Shown: piece after piece, positions 24,801 through 37,100 of the stretch
How the letters are laid out: each line of letters begins with the position of its first letter
How positions within the stretch are numbered: the stretch's first letter is position 1
Assembly: GCA_051294375.1 (NCBI GenBank)
Contig: CM119268.1
Span: 6,205,525 to 6,269,524, forward strand
DNA: 64,000 bases
Source of the DNA: Paraspadella gotoi
Lineage: Eukaryota; Animalia; Chaetognatha
Direction: 5' to 3'
Notes under the pieces: model-generated
What the model saw: only the letters and a program-made list of their open reading frames with translations
Databases searched by the model: none
Told to the model about the DNA's origin: nothing
Made by a program: the position numbers and the translations under genes

Positions 24801-27800
24801 TTGTTGCCTTTCATTGTGAATGGCCTCCTTTCACACCGGCATGCACATAATCTTTTCAACGTAATGCAAGCCTAACGCATATGATGGAGGAAAAAAGACA
24901 AACTAGAAAACATGAAGTTAATTTATTACATATATTAAGCCAAAAAGAAATTATAATTGTATTTTTTGCAAAACCTGACATTGTTACGAATATTTTTTTA
25001 TGATGATGCGCATTGCGCAAGTCGCTTAGTTTTTAATTCGTTTTAAGCGATTTTACTTACGCCCCAAAAATTGTAAGCAATTTTGGGCCGCTCTCTTTTT
25101 TTTTTATTTACAGTTTTATTTATAGTTTTACGTTTCTTTATCTTTCCTATGTCTGTCCGTCAGTCTCTCTCTCTCTCACTCACTCACTCTCTCTCTCTCT
25201 CTCCTCTCTCTTCTCTCTCTCTCACACATTTCTCTCTTTTTTTTTCAATTTTTTTTTCCGTCTTTTTTGTAACTTTTTCTACCTACTTTGAGGATTTGTT
25301 TCTTACTTTTTCTACTATGAGCATTTTCCCTTTACTTTCTATAGAAATTTGCTCTTCTGTCTGCACCCACTAGATCTTCACTTGCATTGCTTTACAGCAA
25401 AACAGCAAATTTTTGTTTGTTTTGGTTTTAATAAACCAGATGGCTCCACAAACAAAAGAGTGTTTTTAAAACAAAATAGCAATGAAATTTAGTTTTAGTA
25501 TATCTTTTCTTAAAACAAAGAAACAGTCCTATTAAATCTTTTTTGTATTTTTACCGGTTATTCTACTAGAGGGCTTTACAACAGACAGACAGGCTTTTTG
25601 TAAGACAAAGGAACATTCAAAAATTTTTATGCTGAACCCACTAGATCTTCACTTGCACCTCTCTTAAACAAAATAGCGAGTGTTTTTTTTATTTTATTCT
25701 AAATATTTTTAAAAATAATTTTTTTTATATTTTTGCAAAACATGAAAATATGCAAAATTAGTCTGTTTTACTATTTTCTTGTTGCTTGCATCTGTGAAAT
25801 GGCCTTCTTTTGCGTATGCAACATAATCTTAAAAGTATAATTATAAACCTTACTATCAAAAAAATTAATAAAAAGTATTATAAATCTATTTGCATATTGC
25901 AGTAAATCATGATTAAATGGAAATTCACCAAAAAATAATTGATCGATATGAAACAAAGAAAATAAATACACATTTTAACTTCCTCACTGCCTCACTAATG
26001 GAACTTGATAACTAAATAGTTGAAAGTTAAAAAATGTTATGTAAGTTGCAAAAATTATATGCAAGTTAAAAAAATTATACAAATTAAAAAAATTATACAG
26101 TTGAAAAATTATGCAAGTTAAAAAAATTATGCATATTAAAAAAATTATGCAAGTTGAAAAAAATAATGAAGTTCGAAAAAATATGGCAAGTTAAAAAAAT
26201 TATGCAAGATGAAAAATTATGCAAGTTTAAAAAATATTAAGTGGAAAATTATGCAAGTTTGAAAAAAATTATACAGTTGAAAAAAGTATGAAAGTTAAAA
26301 AAAAAAAAGCAAGTTAAAAAAGTATACAAGTTAAAAATAAAAATGTATGCGAAGTTAAAAACAATGATGGCAAGTTGAAAAATAATGCAAGTTGAAAAAA
26401 ATTATGCAAGTTGAAAAATGATACCAGTTGAAAAAAATGATACAAGATTAAAAATGATAAACACTAATAATGCAAGTTTAAAATTGATACAAGCTGAAAA
26501 TAATACAGAGTTGAAAAATGAAAAAGTTTAAAAAAATGAATGCAATTTTAAAAAAAATATTATTACTTGCCTGCAGTAACAGTTCAGTTTAAGCCTTTGA
26601 AAGCGATTTACATGTATTGGGCGGGCAGCCACTGGTTTTTGTAGTTTGTTAGTTTCTTAAAGCGCTTGTTTTCTGTTGTTAGTCTTTCATAAACTATGAC
26701 CAATGGTCATGAATTTTAATTTAATTTTATCGATTGATCAAATAATTATATTGATTATAAATATTATTTTTTCGCAGTTGTAATTAAAAGTATATCATCT
26801 TACATTTATTTCTTTTATATGTCTTTTTTAAGATTCGTTCCTTCTATTATTAATTTTTAAATTTTTTTAAAATAATTTTTTTATTTGGTTTTTTATTGAT
26901 TTTTTTCATTCATTCGCTTTTATTTCATTTGGCTTCTTTGTTAATTTTAAAGAGAGAAAGAAAAAAGAGAGAAAAGAGAGGGTGTGACGGTATATTCCAC
27001 CGCCTCACGTCGCACCCATCCATCAGCCAAATCCATTGGCTCAGAGGGGAACACACCATCCCAGGCGTAGTGTTCCATCCACAGTCCTAACGACTTCCCT
27101 CTGCGTTTGGCAAAGCGAGACCGTCCGAGGGTAACCGCGCCAGTGACTGGAGGCGTCACTGAGGGTCGGAAGCCCCCAAGGCCACAGTGAGATGCCCCAT
27201 CCCAATGGGCATCACAGGCAACCCGGCTGTTGCCATAAGGATTATTTTTTTTTAGCTAAAATTGAATATATGAAAAAAAATGAAAAGGTACAAGCAAAGG
27301 GCGAAAAAAGGAGAAAAAATAAAGGGAAAGAAAAAGGGGAAAAGTGAGATAGAAAAAGAAGGAAGCTAGGAAGGAGAAGATATAATAAGAGAGAGATGAG
27401 GATAGAAAAAAAGAAGAAAATAACAAAGGAAAAAAGCAGGGAAAAAGTGGAGAAGAGAGAAAGGGGTAAAAATATGGTGAGAAGGGAAGAGGAGAATAAG
27501 AGAGAACAGAAAAAAAAAGTTTTTTTTTTAAATTTAAAGATTTCTTACCAAAAAATGAAAAAAATCACATTTGAAAATTAACCGAATTTAACCGTTAAAA
27601 TAAATATATTAACGGTTAAGTTAAAATTATTTTTAACCGTTAATAACCGTTAACAGTTAACGGTTATCGGAACACTATCCCTAACCCTAATCTAATCCCT
27701 CACAGTAATTACTAATCCCTAGGCTTAATCCCTAACTATTCTGCTTAACTCTAATACTTCACCCTAATCTGAACTCTAAAACCTTATGACATCCTTAACT

Positions 27801-28183
27801 TTACAATGGGGCACTGTGAAAAAATATTTTGATTATATTAATCATATTCTATATTTTATAATATATACTGAATAGATATTGAATATATTTTAAATAGCTA
27901 AATCCATTTTTTTCTTAATTTAATATATATATATTTGTCAGAAACCATACATTTTATTGTTTTTTTGCCTCTTTCTCTCCCCCCCCCCATTTTGTTTTTT
28001 TTCCTCCCTCCTTCTTTCACAGGCAACATCGAAGGAGCTAGATCTAAAGGAAAAGCATCAATGTGGGTTTCAATTGCAGGAATCATCTTCACGGCCATTC
28101 TCGCCGTCATTGTTCCAACCGCTCTTGTTTTAAACGCCGCCGCTATAGCAAACAGTGTTATCTACAACAACCATGTCTATTAA
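18840..28183 (+). CDS. CD225/dispanin-family (PRRT1/IFITM-like) membrane protein; exons 18840-18848, 19545-19761, 28023-28183
   Basis: MYT|TQPGQ..PGQPP Pro/Gln repeats, then PSNFMVLAILTTFLFCNPIFGIIAWVLS...YDAG|NIEGARSKGKASMWVSIAGII. This is the CD225 pattern; GT-AG introns are in compatible phases. Confidence 0.88.
18957..19525 (+). mobile_element. Copy of the ACAAGTTTGAGCAA repeat family filling most of CD225 intron 1
   Basis: Same head and accgacagaccgataaag..gattataga tail as the inverted copy at 3135-3533. Confidence 0.6.
19875..19914 (-). ncRNA. Degenerate Penelope-type minimal hammerhead ribozyme (copy A)
   Basis: Minus strand GCA-ATGAAGA-A-GACT-atcaactt-AGTC-GAAAC-AAGTC-CGC, followed by AATAAA. 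Confidence 0.6.
20309..20350 (+). ncRNA. Degenerate Penelope-type minimal hammerhead ribozyme (copy B)
   Basis: GCG-CTGACGA-A-AACT-atttacta-AGTC-GAAAC-ATCTC, followed by AATAAA; flanks are an inverted homolog of copy A. Confidence 0.65.
20669..20708 (+). ncRNA. Degenerate Penelope-type minimal hammerhead ribozyme (copy C), inside the hAT element
   Basis: GCG-CTGATAA-A-GACT-tgaaacag-AGTC-GAAAC-ATGTC-TGC with palindromic ACATGT stem III; AATAAA downstream. Confidence 0.65.
20870..25770 (+). repeat. ~600-bp direct repeat (20870-21440 and 25040-25770) inside the hAT element
   Basis: Shared ctatagaaatttgctc...ctgcacccactagatcttcacttgca...ctactagagggctttaca blocks; a shorter relative lies at ~16990-17050. 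Confidence 0.85.
21465..23110 (+). repeat. ~240-bp CT-rich tandem units (about 4 copies) inside the hAT element
   Basis: Recurrent tctcttgcgtgatcg..aaaattctgattattttt..aatacaaaatcccaaatttacatc. Confidence 0.75.
26983..27240 (+). repeat. GC-rich structured dispersed repeat; inverted copy at 33660-33905
   Basis: Near-colinear reverse-complement match, including ggcaacccggctgttgcc and gatgccccatcccaatgggcatc hairpins. Confidence 0.85.
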
Positions 28184-29784
28184 ATATTCACGTATTTGAC
28201 ACACTCTCCAATATTAATGCTAAAACTTAATCTTTTACGTTATCCCCTAACCCTAAACCTTAATCTCTAACCTAACCTTTAAATTTAAAAACTGAAATAT
28301 GGCGCCTTTGGAAATTAAGGCCTCCGTTATCATAGCAACAACAAAACTTAATATTCCAACCGGCCATTACAAGCTTTCAAAACGATTGAACTCTCTTATA
28401 TCATTTCGAATGCATTGCTTGATGCTACGTTTGTACAATATTTCATAATTATTAATCAATAAACCTGAACTACCGCAGCGTTGATGTTCATTGATTTATT
28501 AAGGGCCTGTACATTTTTTTTCTCGTTCTTAAAAAGAGCTAATGTTTAAATTGAAATTGGTACATAGTACTACATAGTACTACATACTCTATACTATATA
28601 GTAATAATCATTAGCACCAAAATAAAACAGCAGTTCAAAAGCATTCGTAAAGAGAGCTTATTTTTTGTGACACATACACCGTCTCTCCACGGGGATTGCT
28701 TTGTAGAGATTCTGGCTGGGTCTGGAACAAAAAAGGGGTGATAAAACTTTACCAAGTGATTAAAATAATTCGGGTAACATCGATAAAGCTAATCATTAGG
28801 TGAAATTATTTAACATCCAACAGGTTGTGCCCAAAAAAAAATCAGCCAGTTGTAGGATGCAGCGGTTAATAGAGCAATTTTTGAGGACAACACGAAGATC
28901 AACCGGCGAGAGTCTTTGGCCAAAGATTTTTTAGTTGCGCCGCCAGTAATTCTTCAGAAAAATCATGTTATAAGTTAGTCACTGCGGCGCAACACATTTG
29001 AAGGACCATTCTTGTTTCATTAACTTCTCATTACCTTCTCACTCTCTATTTCCCTCTCTCTCACTTTCTCTCTATCTCACTCTCTCCCCATCTTTTTTGT
29101 ACTTTACCCTTCATACTCCATTAAAACGAGCATTCGTATAGATTTTGTAGTATTGTAATGAGTAGTTCTGTATTATTGAATCTATATAATGATTTAATTG
29201 TCACTAACAGGCGTTAGATGTTCAAAAATCATTTCCTTCGTCATCAACAATAGCAACTTAAACAGCAAATTAAACAACCTAAACAACAACGACAACCTAA
29301 ACAACAACAACAACAAATAAAACAATTTTTGCAAATCGCTCCTTGACTCTCGACCGACGATCGGATTTTATGCAAATGAGGTTCATGACGTCGTCTTCGT
29401 CGTCGTCGTCGTCTCGTCGTCGTCTCTTCGTCGGTCGATGTCGTCTTCGTCGTCGTCAGTCGTCGTCGTCTCATCGTCGTCATCGTCGTAATCTTCGTCG
29501 TCGTAGTCATCTTCGTCGCGAAGAGCAAAATATTTTTTATTGTTTTTTTCAGTTAGAAACCGCCTAAAAAAGCAACTAATATAAACTGTTAGGGGTGGTC
29601 AGTTGTTGTTTAAAAAATCATTTTTAATACTGATTAAAAATTAAATAAAAAATAAAACAGTAATTAATTCGTTTTACTATTGGCCTTGAATTACACCACT
29701 TTGTAAAATTTACCGGTGAACTGATAAGACTATTGACTAATTGACTATATCGCGCTGGTAATTTATTTATGAAACTGTATAATA

Positions 29785-29910
29785 GTGTGAAATTGGTACA
29801 ACCAATATAAAAATTATCCATTCATTTAATAAATAAGCTATCTTGCCCCTGACTTTGGACAGGCTTTGGTGGTTTAAGGCCTCCATCACTCTTACAAGAT
29901 AATGACATAG
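29785..29910. repeat. ~125-bp dispersed repeat; inverted copy at ~50045-50170, partial copies at ~47490-47550 and ~2945-2970
   Basis: aagctatcttgcccctgactttggacaggctttggtggtttaaggcctccatcactc is nearly identical in reverse at ~50070-50125. Confidence 0.85.
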
Positions 29911-30246
29911 CAGTATATATAATACAATATAAACAACTACGTATATTCATCTCAGCATAATTTCAGACACTGAGTAGGGGTCAATAAATCGCGCCAGAAT
30001 TTATTACTTTTTTTCATTCGGAGTTCCAAAATATAAAGTTCTTTTGTCCTTTATAAACTCAATCCATTACGATAAAATTTTTGCAATTAATGAATCATAG
30101 TAATCAAATATTTTTTAATAGCGTTTTTGTCATCAGAGATATCTGAAAACTAATTATTCTTTTTAGTTATCTCTAGATCGTATTTTAACATTATTTATAT
30201 TACAGAACTCTTATTACTTTTCAACTTGTTCCGCCTTATTGTTCAG

Positions 30247-33200
30247 CGGGTCAATTCCTAATTCCATCAGAGTCTCCGCCGCCCCCCCCCTGAAAATAAA
30301 AAACCGCCACGCACACCGCAAGATGATCCCGCTCCTTTCCTCGGCGCCTCATCTCCTTGGCACCGCAAACGATCGGCGCCAACGTCTCCTACACTCGTTG
30401 GGCCGCAGCGGTTGCGGCGCCGACGAACTTGTTTACGATGGATTCGTCGCGGGTCCGTCGGAGACCCCTCGGCGAGAAAATCCACTGGTGAGATTGGAGT
30501 CGGAAGTTTGGGCTCTCTTTTCCAAAACGCCCCGTTTTAGTTCCTTAATCCCTGAACTAAATTTTAACTTTAATCTTTAATCTTAATATGTTACCAAAAC
30601 CATAACTCAACCCTTTTTCCTTNNNNNNNNNNNNNNNNNNNNNNNNNNNNNNNNNNNNNNNNNNNNNNNNNNNNNNNNNNNNNNNNNNNNNNNNNNNNNN
30701 NNNNNNNNNNNNNNNNNNNNNNGACTCTGGTCTCGACGGCATGCAGAGAAGAGCCGATCCTGAAAAGGATCATTTGTCTTTATATGTCTTTATATGTCTT
30801 TATATGCAGAGAAAGAGCCGATCCTGAAAAGGAGTCATTTGTCTTTATATGCCTTTATATCAGGGTTGTGGAGCTGGCCATTTTTCTCCAAGCTCCAGCT
30901 CCAACTCCAGCTCCGGCCAAAAAAATTTTTTCAGCTCCAGCTCCAACTCCGTTCCATCCTAAATTTTTTTCCAGCTCCGACTCCAGCTCCAGCTCCACTA
31001 AAAATTTTGAAGACAGCTCCAGCTCCCCTCCGGCTCCCAGCTCCGAACCCTTAAAGTTTAATGATTAATGTTACTTATATTTAAATTAGTCCTAATTTAT
31101 TAATTTACTTATTTATAACTTATTTATTTACTTATATTTAAATAAATAATAATTTAATTAATTCATGTATAAAATCATTTGATAATTTATTAATAATAAT
31201 TATGTATTTTTTAATATTTAATGTATGAAAACACGATTTGTACTTAAATGTAGACAAGGAGTATAAGAGAGTATAAGAGAGTAAGAGATAAACATTTACT
31301 TTTACTTTTAAAATATTTTGATATTTATCAGGATTTTACTATCTAGTTTAAGGCTCAGTATTTCCATGAATTAAGCTGCATTGAATTCTGTGTTCGTGTG
31401 ATCACCTTTTAAGGTGATCATGGAAAGTAGGATACTTATGCACGTTAAGTCCTTTACCTTTAACCTTACTTACATCTGACCCACCGACCGACATAAAAGG
31501 GGCTTCATTAGAGGAAAAGGAAGGTCTCACTCCCAATCAAGGAACCAAGGACAAACTTTAGCCCGCCTTGTCATTAAGGTAAAGAGGGCAGCCGGCAGAC
31601 ATATCAGCTCAGTTGAAGTAGCCCAAGGCATTTTCCAAGAGGATCTTGCCCGACCCTAATATGACGAGGTCCATTAAAGTCTGGGAACTCAAGATCCAAA
31701 TGACCTATGACATGCCAATGACCCGGTCACATCGTCACTGCTTTCCTTGTCCAGAAGCGGGGGGCCAGCTCTTTCTTCCTCTTTTTTTACTAACTCTCTT
31801 CTCTATAATGTAGTTTATTGTTACTTTTACAATTTATTATTTAAAATGATAATGTTTGCAAACTTAAATTGTTATTATATATTAACTTATCTCAACTATC
31901 TCTCTTTCACTCTCCCTCACTCTTTAGTACTTATTCTAAACCTGTCTTTTAACCTCCCACTGTCTTTTTCTTATTTTTTTGGAAACCTCTCTCTCTCTCC
32001 CTCTTTCACTTTTCACACATGCAAACCTTATAATTTGTCAAAAAATTTTCACAAATGATTTATTAATTTTTTGCGCTAATGAAGACTTACATCTAAAGTT
32101 TAAAAATATTCCTTTTTCCTCCTTTCAAAATAAATTTGTTGCATAAAACAAAACAAGAACGGTCTAATGTTTTGCGCCACATTGATTTTCTTTTCATGTG
32201 ATTTCCATGTGATCACATGATTAGAAAATTATTTTAAAAAAAGTTTATGGTTGATCACTACTGTGCAAAGTTTTATTAAAAACAACCAGAAATTAACAAG
32301 AAATATACTGAGTTCGGGGTTCCAGCCTACACTATATGACATATGTCAACTGACTACACAAGTATGAAACACATGCACAAGAAGCATTTAGTAATGACTT
32401 ACCAGTCTGCCAAGTATTACTTAAAATAACTTTCTTAGCCGGTGTATTTATGACCTGCAATATTTTAGTATTATCTTTATAAAATAAGAATTTTCAAAAT
32501 AAATTTCTTTAATTTTTATTAATGTTTCAATTTTTCGTAAAAAATTAGACCAAAAATATAAAACATGTTGCATAAATGTTTTTGTTTTCAGTGTCAAAAT
32601 TGAAAAAAAGGTTAAAATTTTCAACTTTTTAACTCTCTGAAATAGTAACTATGTGTCCCAATGGTACAGTCAGTTAACTTTACATATTGTGTGGAACTTT
32701 GTTATTAAATGTTATTTCTGAGATAACAATGTCAAAGATAAGTTCTTACCATTTATGATGCTATATTTGAATTCAATTTTTATAAATTTTTCTTTGCAGA
32801 ACATCCAATTTAAATGAGTCATCATTTCTCACTTTTTAATTTTAGATAATTTTTTACTTTAAAATAAATTTTATTAAAAAAATTATGTAAAAAAATTTTG
32901 AATAGATATAAATTATTTCAATTTTAATTTGTATAAAATAAGTGCATTAAAAAAGAAATAAACAAATATTAAAAACAATAAAAATTTTTTCAAAATACGC
33001 TAATTAATTTGATATTTAAATTTTATTATTAGAAGTTGTGAGCGATTGAATCATTAAGCCAGAACTAAATGGTTGCTATTATTCTATATAATTATTAAAT
33101 AAATTAAAAAAGTAATATGAAACAAGGTAAGTAGATAATTTAAAAAATAATGATTATTGCATTATAAAGCTCTGGAGCTAAAAATATAAAGTTGTTTCTT

Positions 33201-34110
33201 ACTGTCCTGCACCTAAAAAAAAGATTTAAAACATTATTAATCAATATAAAAAATATTAATTTAAAATTTTGGTTAAAAAATCGCTGGAAAAATATTTTTA
33301 CCATTGCTTTATGTAACTACAGGAGTTTGCTTTGTTTCAATTTTTAAAATTTGGGTATCCTATTAAAATGGTCCATACTAAGCCAATGGATTTGGCTGAA
33401 CGATTATGGACGTGAGCGGTGTGAATATACCGCCACTGGATCCCCAGGCCAAAGCATCATTCAGGTTCCTCAAGCCTGAGAGGTGTCTGAAAAGACTGTT
33501 ACCATAGTGGAGAGGTGATAGAGCACGAGTTGTGGGGCATAGGAGTTTGTCGTAGCGTACCCCAGGGGCATAGGGTTTGTCGTAATGTACCCAAAGTCAG
33601 CAGGGCATAGTCGTTTGTCATAGCGTACCCTGAAAAGGTTGTGTTTGATAGTAGGGCTCACCACTTATGGCAACAGCCGGGTTGCCTGTGATGCCCATTG
33701 GGATGGGCATCTTCACTGTTGGCTTTGGGGGCTTCCGACCCCAGTGACGCATCCATTCACTGGGCGCAGTTACCCTAGACGGTCTCGCTTTGCCAACGCA
33801 GAGGGAAGTCGTTTATGACTGTGGATGGAACACTTCGCCTGGGTTGGTGTGTTCCCCTCTGAACCATTGGATTTGGCTGAACGATGATGGACGTGAGGCC
33901 GGTATGAAAAATATTATATATATTATAATATTATATATATTATTAGAAATTTGAAATGAATTTTCAACAACGATTTTTATTATTATAAAAACGGGACATG
34001 TTTCGGCTTAACTACAAGCCTCACAGCATTAAAAAAAGTTAGTGAATTTGAAACAAATTATGTGCATAAAGAAAGAGTGAGAGAGAGAGAGAGGGCAAAG
34101 TTTCCAACTC

Positions 34111-34146
<36 letters not shown>

Positions 34147-37100
34147 CTGAAAAGAAAACAGAGCAAACAATAATTGCAGGAATGGTTGCAAAAATAACTT
34201 ATGTCACATAAACGAGAACAAAAAGGGGAAGATAAAAAAGAATGAAAAAGAAGAAGAGATCGTGTGGAGGCAGATTAAGGTAAAACAAAAGAGCCAGTTT
34301 TTTTTTTTTTTTTTTTTTTTCCTGAAATGAAACAAGAGCAAAACAAATTATTGCAGGAATGGTTGCAAAAATAATTATGTCAACAATAAACGAGAACAAA
34401 AAGGGAAAGATAAAAAGAAAGAAAAGAAAAGAGATCGGGAGAAAAGTCAGCAACTCCGTCCACATGAGACGCAACTCAATCACGGGACTTCGGGAAGCGA
34501 GCAGGTCCCCATTCTCGCGCTGAGGCAGACAGAAGTCTCTCCAAAAAGTGCTTAACGTCTTTGCCGATATCTAAGCCTGCATCGTTGCTTGGAGTTTGGC
34601 GAAATCTTTAAGTTTGAGAAAGCATCCAGGTCCCATGCCCGAAGGTATACAACCAGAGGGATGAAAGCCAACGCGGCCGGCAGTTTGCCTTCGTACTTAG
34701 CATGTTTGGCCTGGCGAGCTCGTTCAGGGCATAGGTGGGGTTGAGGATGGTATGACCAAAACAGTCCTGGCGAAGGGGAGAGGTGACAGTAACATCAAGG
34801 CTGGGTGGTCTGTTCCGACATCTTTCCAACCACGGATTGTGAAAATCCCCGGTCTAGAGGCCCATCATCCGCCAGGTTCCTTTCTTCTTTGGTGGGCGCA
34901 GTTAGGGCTGCTGAAGCCAGTCGAGACAATGGATCCCGAGAGGTTTATGACGGCGAATTTTGCTCCAGTAGAGGAGCAAGCGAAATTGCCGGTGGTCTCC
35001 ATAGATTTCGGAAGGTCTGTCACAGGATAAGTAGGGACCAGGAGCTGGAAAATGGGAAGCCCAACGGTATTTGACAGCCATGATGAAAGATTTGGGAGTA
35101 GGCGCAGCCAATTAGGAGAAGGGGATACATTGGAGGAAGTCTCCAGTTCTGGACAGGCAGACGCATTGGAGGACGGGCTCGAAAACGCTCATCCAGGACC
35201 TTTGACTTGAGGTTTTCAGCCTCGCTTGTCCACACGTCGGGAAAGGTATTTTTGGGTGATTGAGGCATCAAACTGAGCAGGTGGAGAGAGGAAGGTCCGG
35301 CAGAAAGGTGGATAGGAGCTCTAAGGCCTGAAGTGTGTCTCGCTGACAGATGAGGGGCGAAACCATCGATCTACGCAGTGACTTGGTCTGCAAGATGAGG
35401 AGACAAAGGCCGGAGCGCTGTGGGCATGGCCGTGCGTATTCCCAAGCCGCCATGAGACGGGTAAAGAAGAAAGGTCCCATTGAGATCTGAGAGTGAGAAC
35501 GAGCATCCAAGGATGGAAAGCGAGAGAGGAGCATTGGGATTCATCAAAAAAATGGCTAGGTTGGAGCTAAGGGAGAGCTACAGTTCTTAGGTTTTTTGTA
35601 AAGAAAACTTTGTGTTCCGAGCAGCTGCGAACAGGGCATAAGCAACTTGGGGTCACCCAAGGATTCAAGGTTGGGACAAAAGCCCGGAGTTTAAGAACCG
35701 CCTTTTTGAGGGTAAGCTGACAGAAAAGAGGCCGAACCAACGGGCGCGCCAAGAATGATGACCCTTCATCCCTGATCTCATGAGAGGCAGTTTCCGAAGG
35801 AGGAAGAGAAGCGCGGATGTCGGGGCCTCCAAAAGGACTTAATGAGATTTATGTGGAGACAAGCTTGGGGCATCTGCTTGGAGCAACTTGAAGCTCGGGT
35901 TACATCATGGGCCCACCAGGAAAAGGCCATCATCAAATACCAGTTGTTTAGGAGAAGAGCTGGAACCTCAAGCTGATCTTTTCGACCAAAAGATGAAGGG
36001 CTATGGAGAAGAGAAGGGGTCCGAGGGATAACCTTGTTGGACTCCAGCCGGTCGGACGACTACGATCCGGGGGTGCAATCGCAATACGGTGAGTCTCGAT
36101 GCTTAAGTTGTGGCTTCACGTCAATTTATAAAAGCCAATTAATTGGACTCTTTTACTTATGACCCGGTGGCTCATTGAGTAATGCCATCAGTTCAGGACC
36201 GTTAGGTACCGGGATCGATTCCTAATGGTATCTATCATAATCGAAGCGTGCATAAGCAGAAAAAAAATAATGTTCAATCAGTTCCCCCGCTGAAAGCAAT
36301 CACATGACCACAAATTCAATTGTCGGGAAGAAATTTTCGTTGCAGCATAACCGATGAAAAACAGTATCAATTTAGTTAATACTTGGCAGACTAATAAGGT
36401 AAATGCTTCCTGTGCATATGTTTCATACTCGTATAGTGACGTGATCACGTAGAACTCCGTTCACGTGATTAGAAAGTAAATTCGGCTTATTTCGAGTAAT
36501 GTATTTGGTTATTTTAATTATGTTATTTATGTTTTAATTAAAAACTTAACGGAGAAGTAATAAATCATCGGACGCATCTTGTGCTTACGTTTCACGCTAG
36601 TGCAGTCACGTGATCATGGGAGATTGCTTCGACGAAAGAAAGTCAGAGCGGCGGAACTCGCCTTTAACTTGGCCGGTTCTTCTTCTTTTTAGGTCAAGTC
36701 TTTGCCGCTCAATATAGGACGTCGTACGACAGCGAAATTTTCTCAACGTCCAACGTCGAAGATAGAGCCTTTCGGTGAGATGAAACAATGTTGCCCAATT
36801 GGAATGTTTCCATTAACCAATTAATTAACTACTAGGCGTTTTTAAATCGTCTTAATGTATCCTTTTTTTAGCGGATTCGATCGGGAAGTTATTCCGTGCG
36901 CAGTTTGCTTGCGGATGGACGCCACGACGCAGGTGAGAGAGGAGAGAGAAAAGAAGAGGGACAAGAGAGTAAGAGGGACGGACTGACAAAGAGAGAGCTC
37001 CAGACTGACAGAGACACAGTCCCTCCTTCTTTATCCAAAAGCACTTCCCCGATCCGTCTCCAGCTGATGATCCCTGGACGTAAGACCTGTTTCGACGACC

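Larger units (their letters stand above)
20491..27677. mobile_element. Non-autonomous hAT-type DNA transposon (~7.2 kb) in CD225 intron 2
   Basis: TIRs tagagttccgataaccgttaa / ttaacggttatcggaacacta (1 mismatch in 21), subterminal AACCGTTAA repeats, and an 8-bp TSD tccctaac at 20483-20490 and 27678-27685. No transposase ORF seen. Confidence 0.88.

Noticed and set aside
30236-30550. Possible minus-strand exons (GGAAETLMELGIDPLNNK)
   Set aside because: No compatible splice phases, and the plus strand carries a recognisable C4-like motif.
30740-30860. Duplicated gcagagaagagccgatcctgaaaagga segment
   Set aside because: Adjacent to the N gap and may be an assembly artefact.
33440-33500. Hammerhead or HDV-like ribozyme in ctgagaggtgtctgaaaagac / caggttcctcaagcctg
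   Set aside because: Could not build the required stems or pseudoknot.
33535-33630. CRISPR-like appearance of ~30-bp repeats
   Set aside because: No unique spacers and no cas genes; eukaryotic context.
36606-36788. 60-aa minus-strand ORF
   Set aside because: Overlaps a short repeat also seen at ~37810-37880 in introns of the C4-like gene; no recognisable protein.
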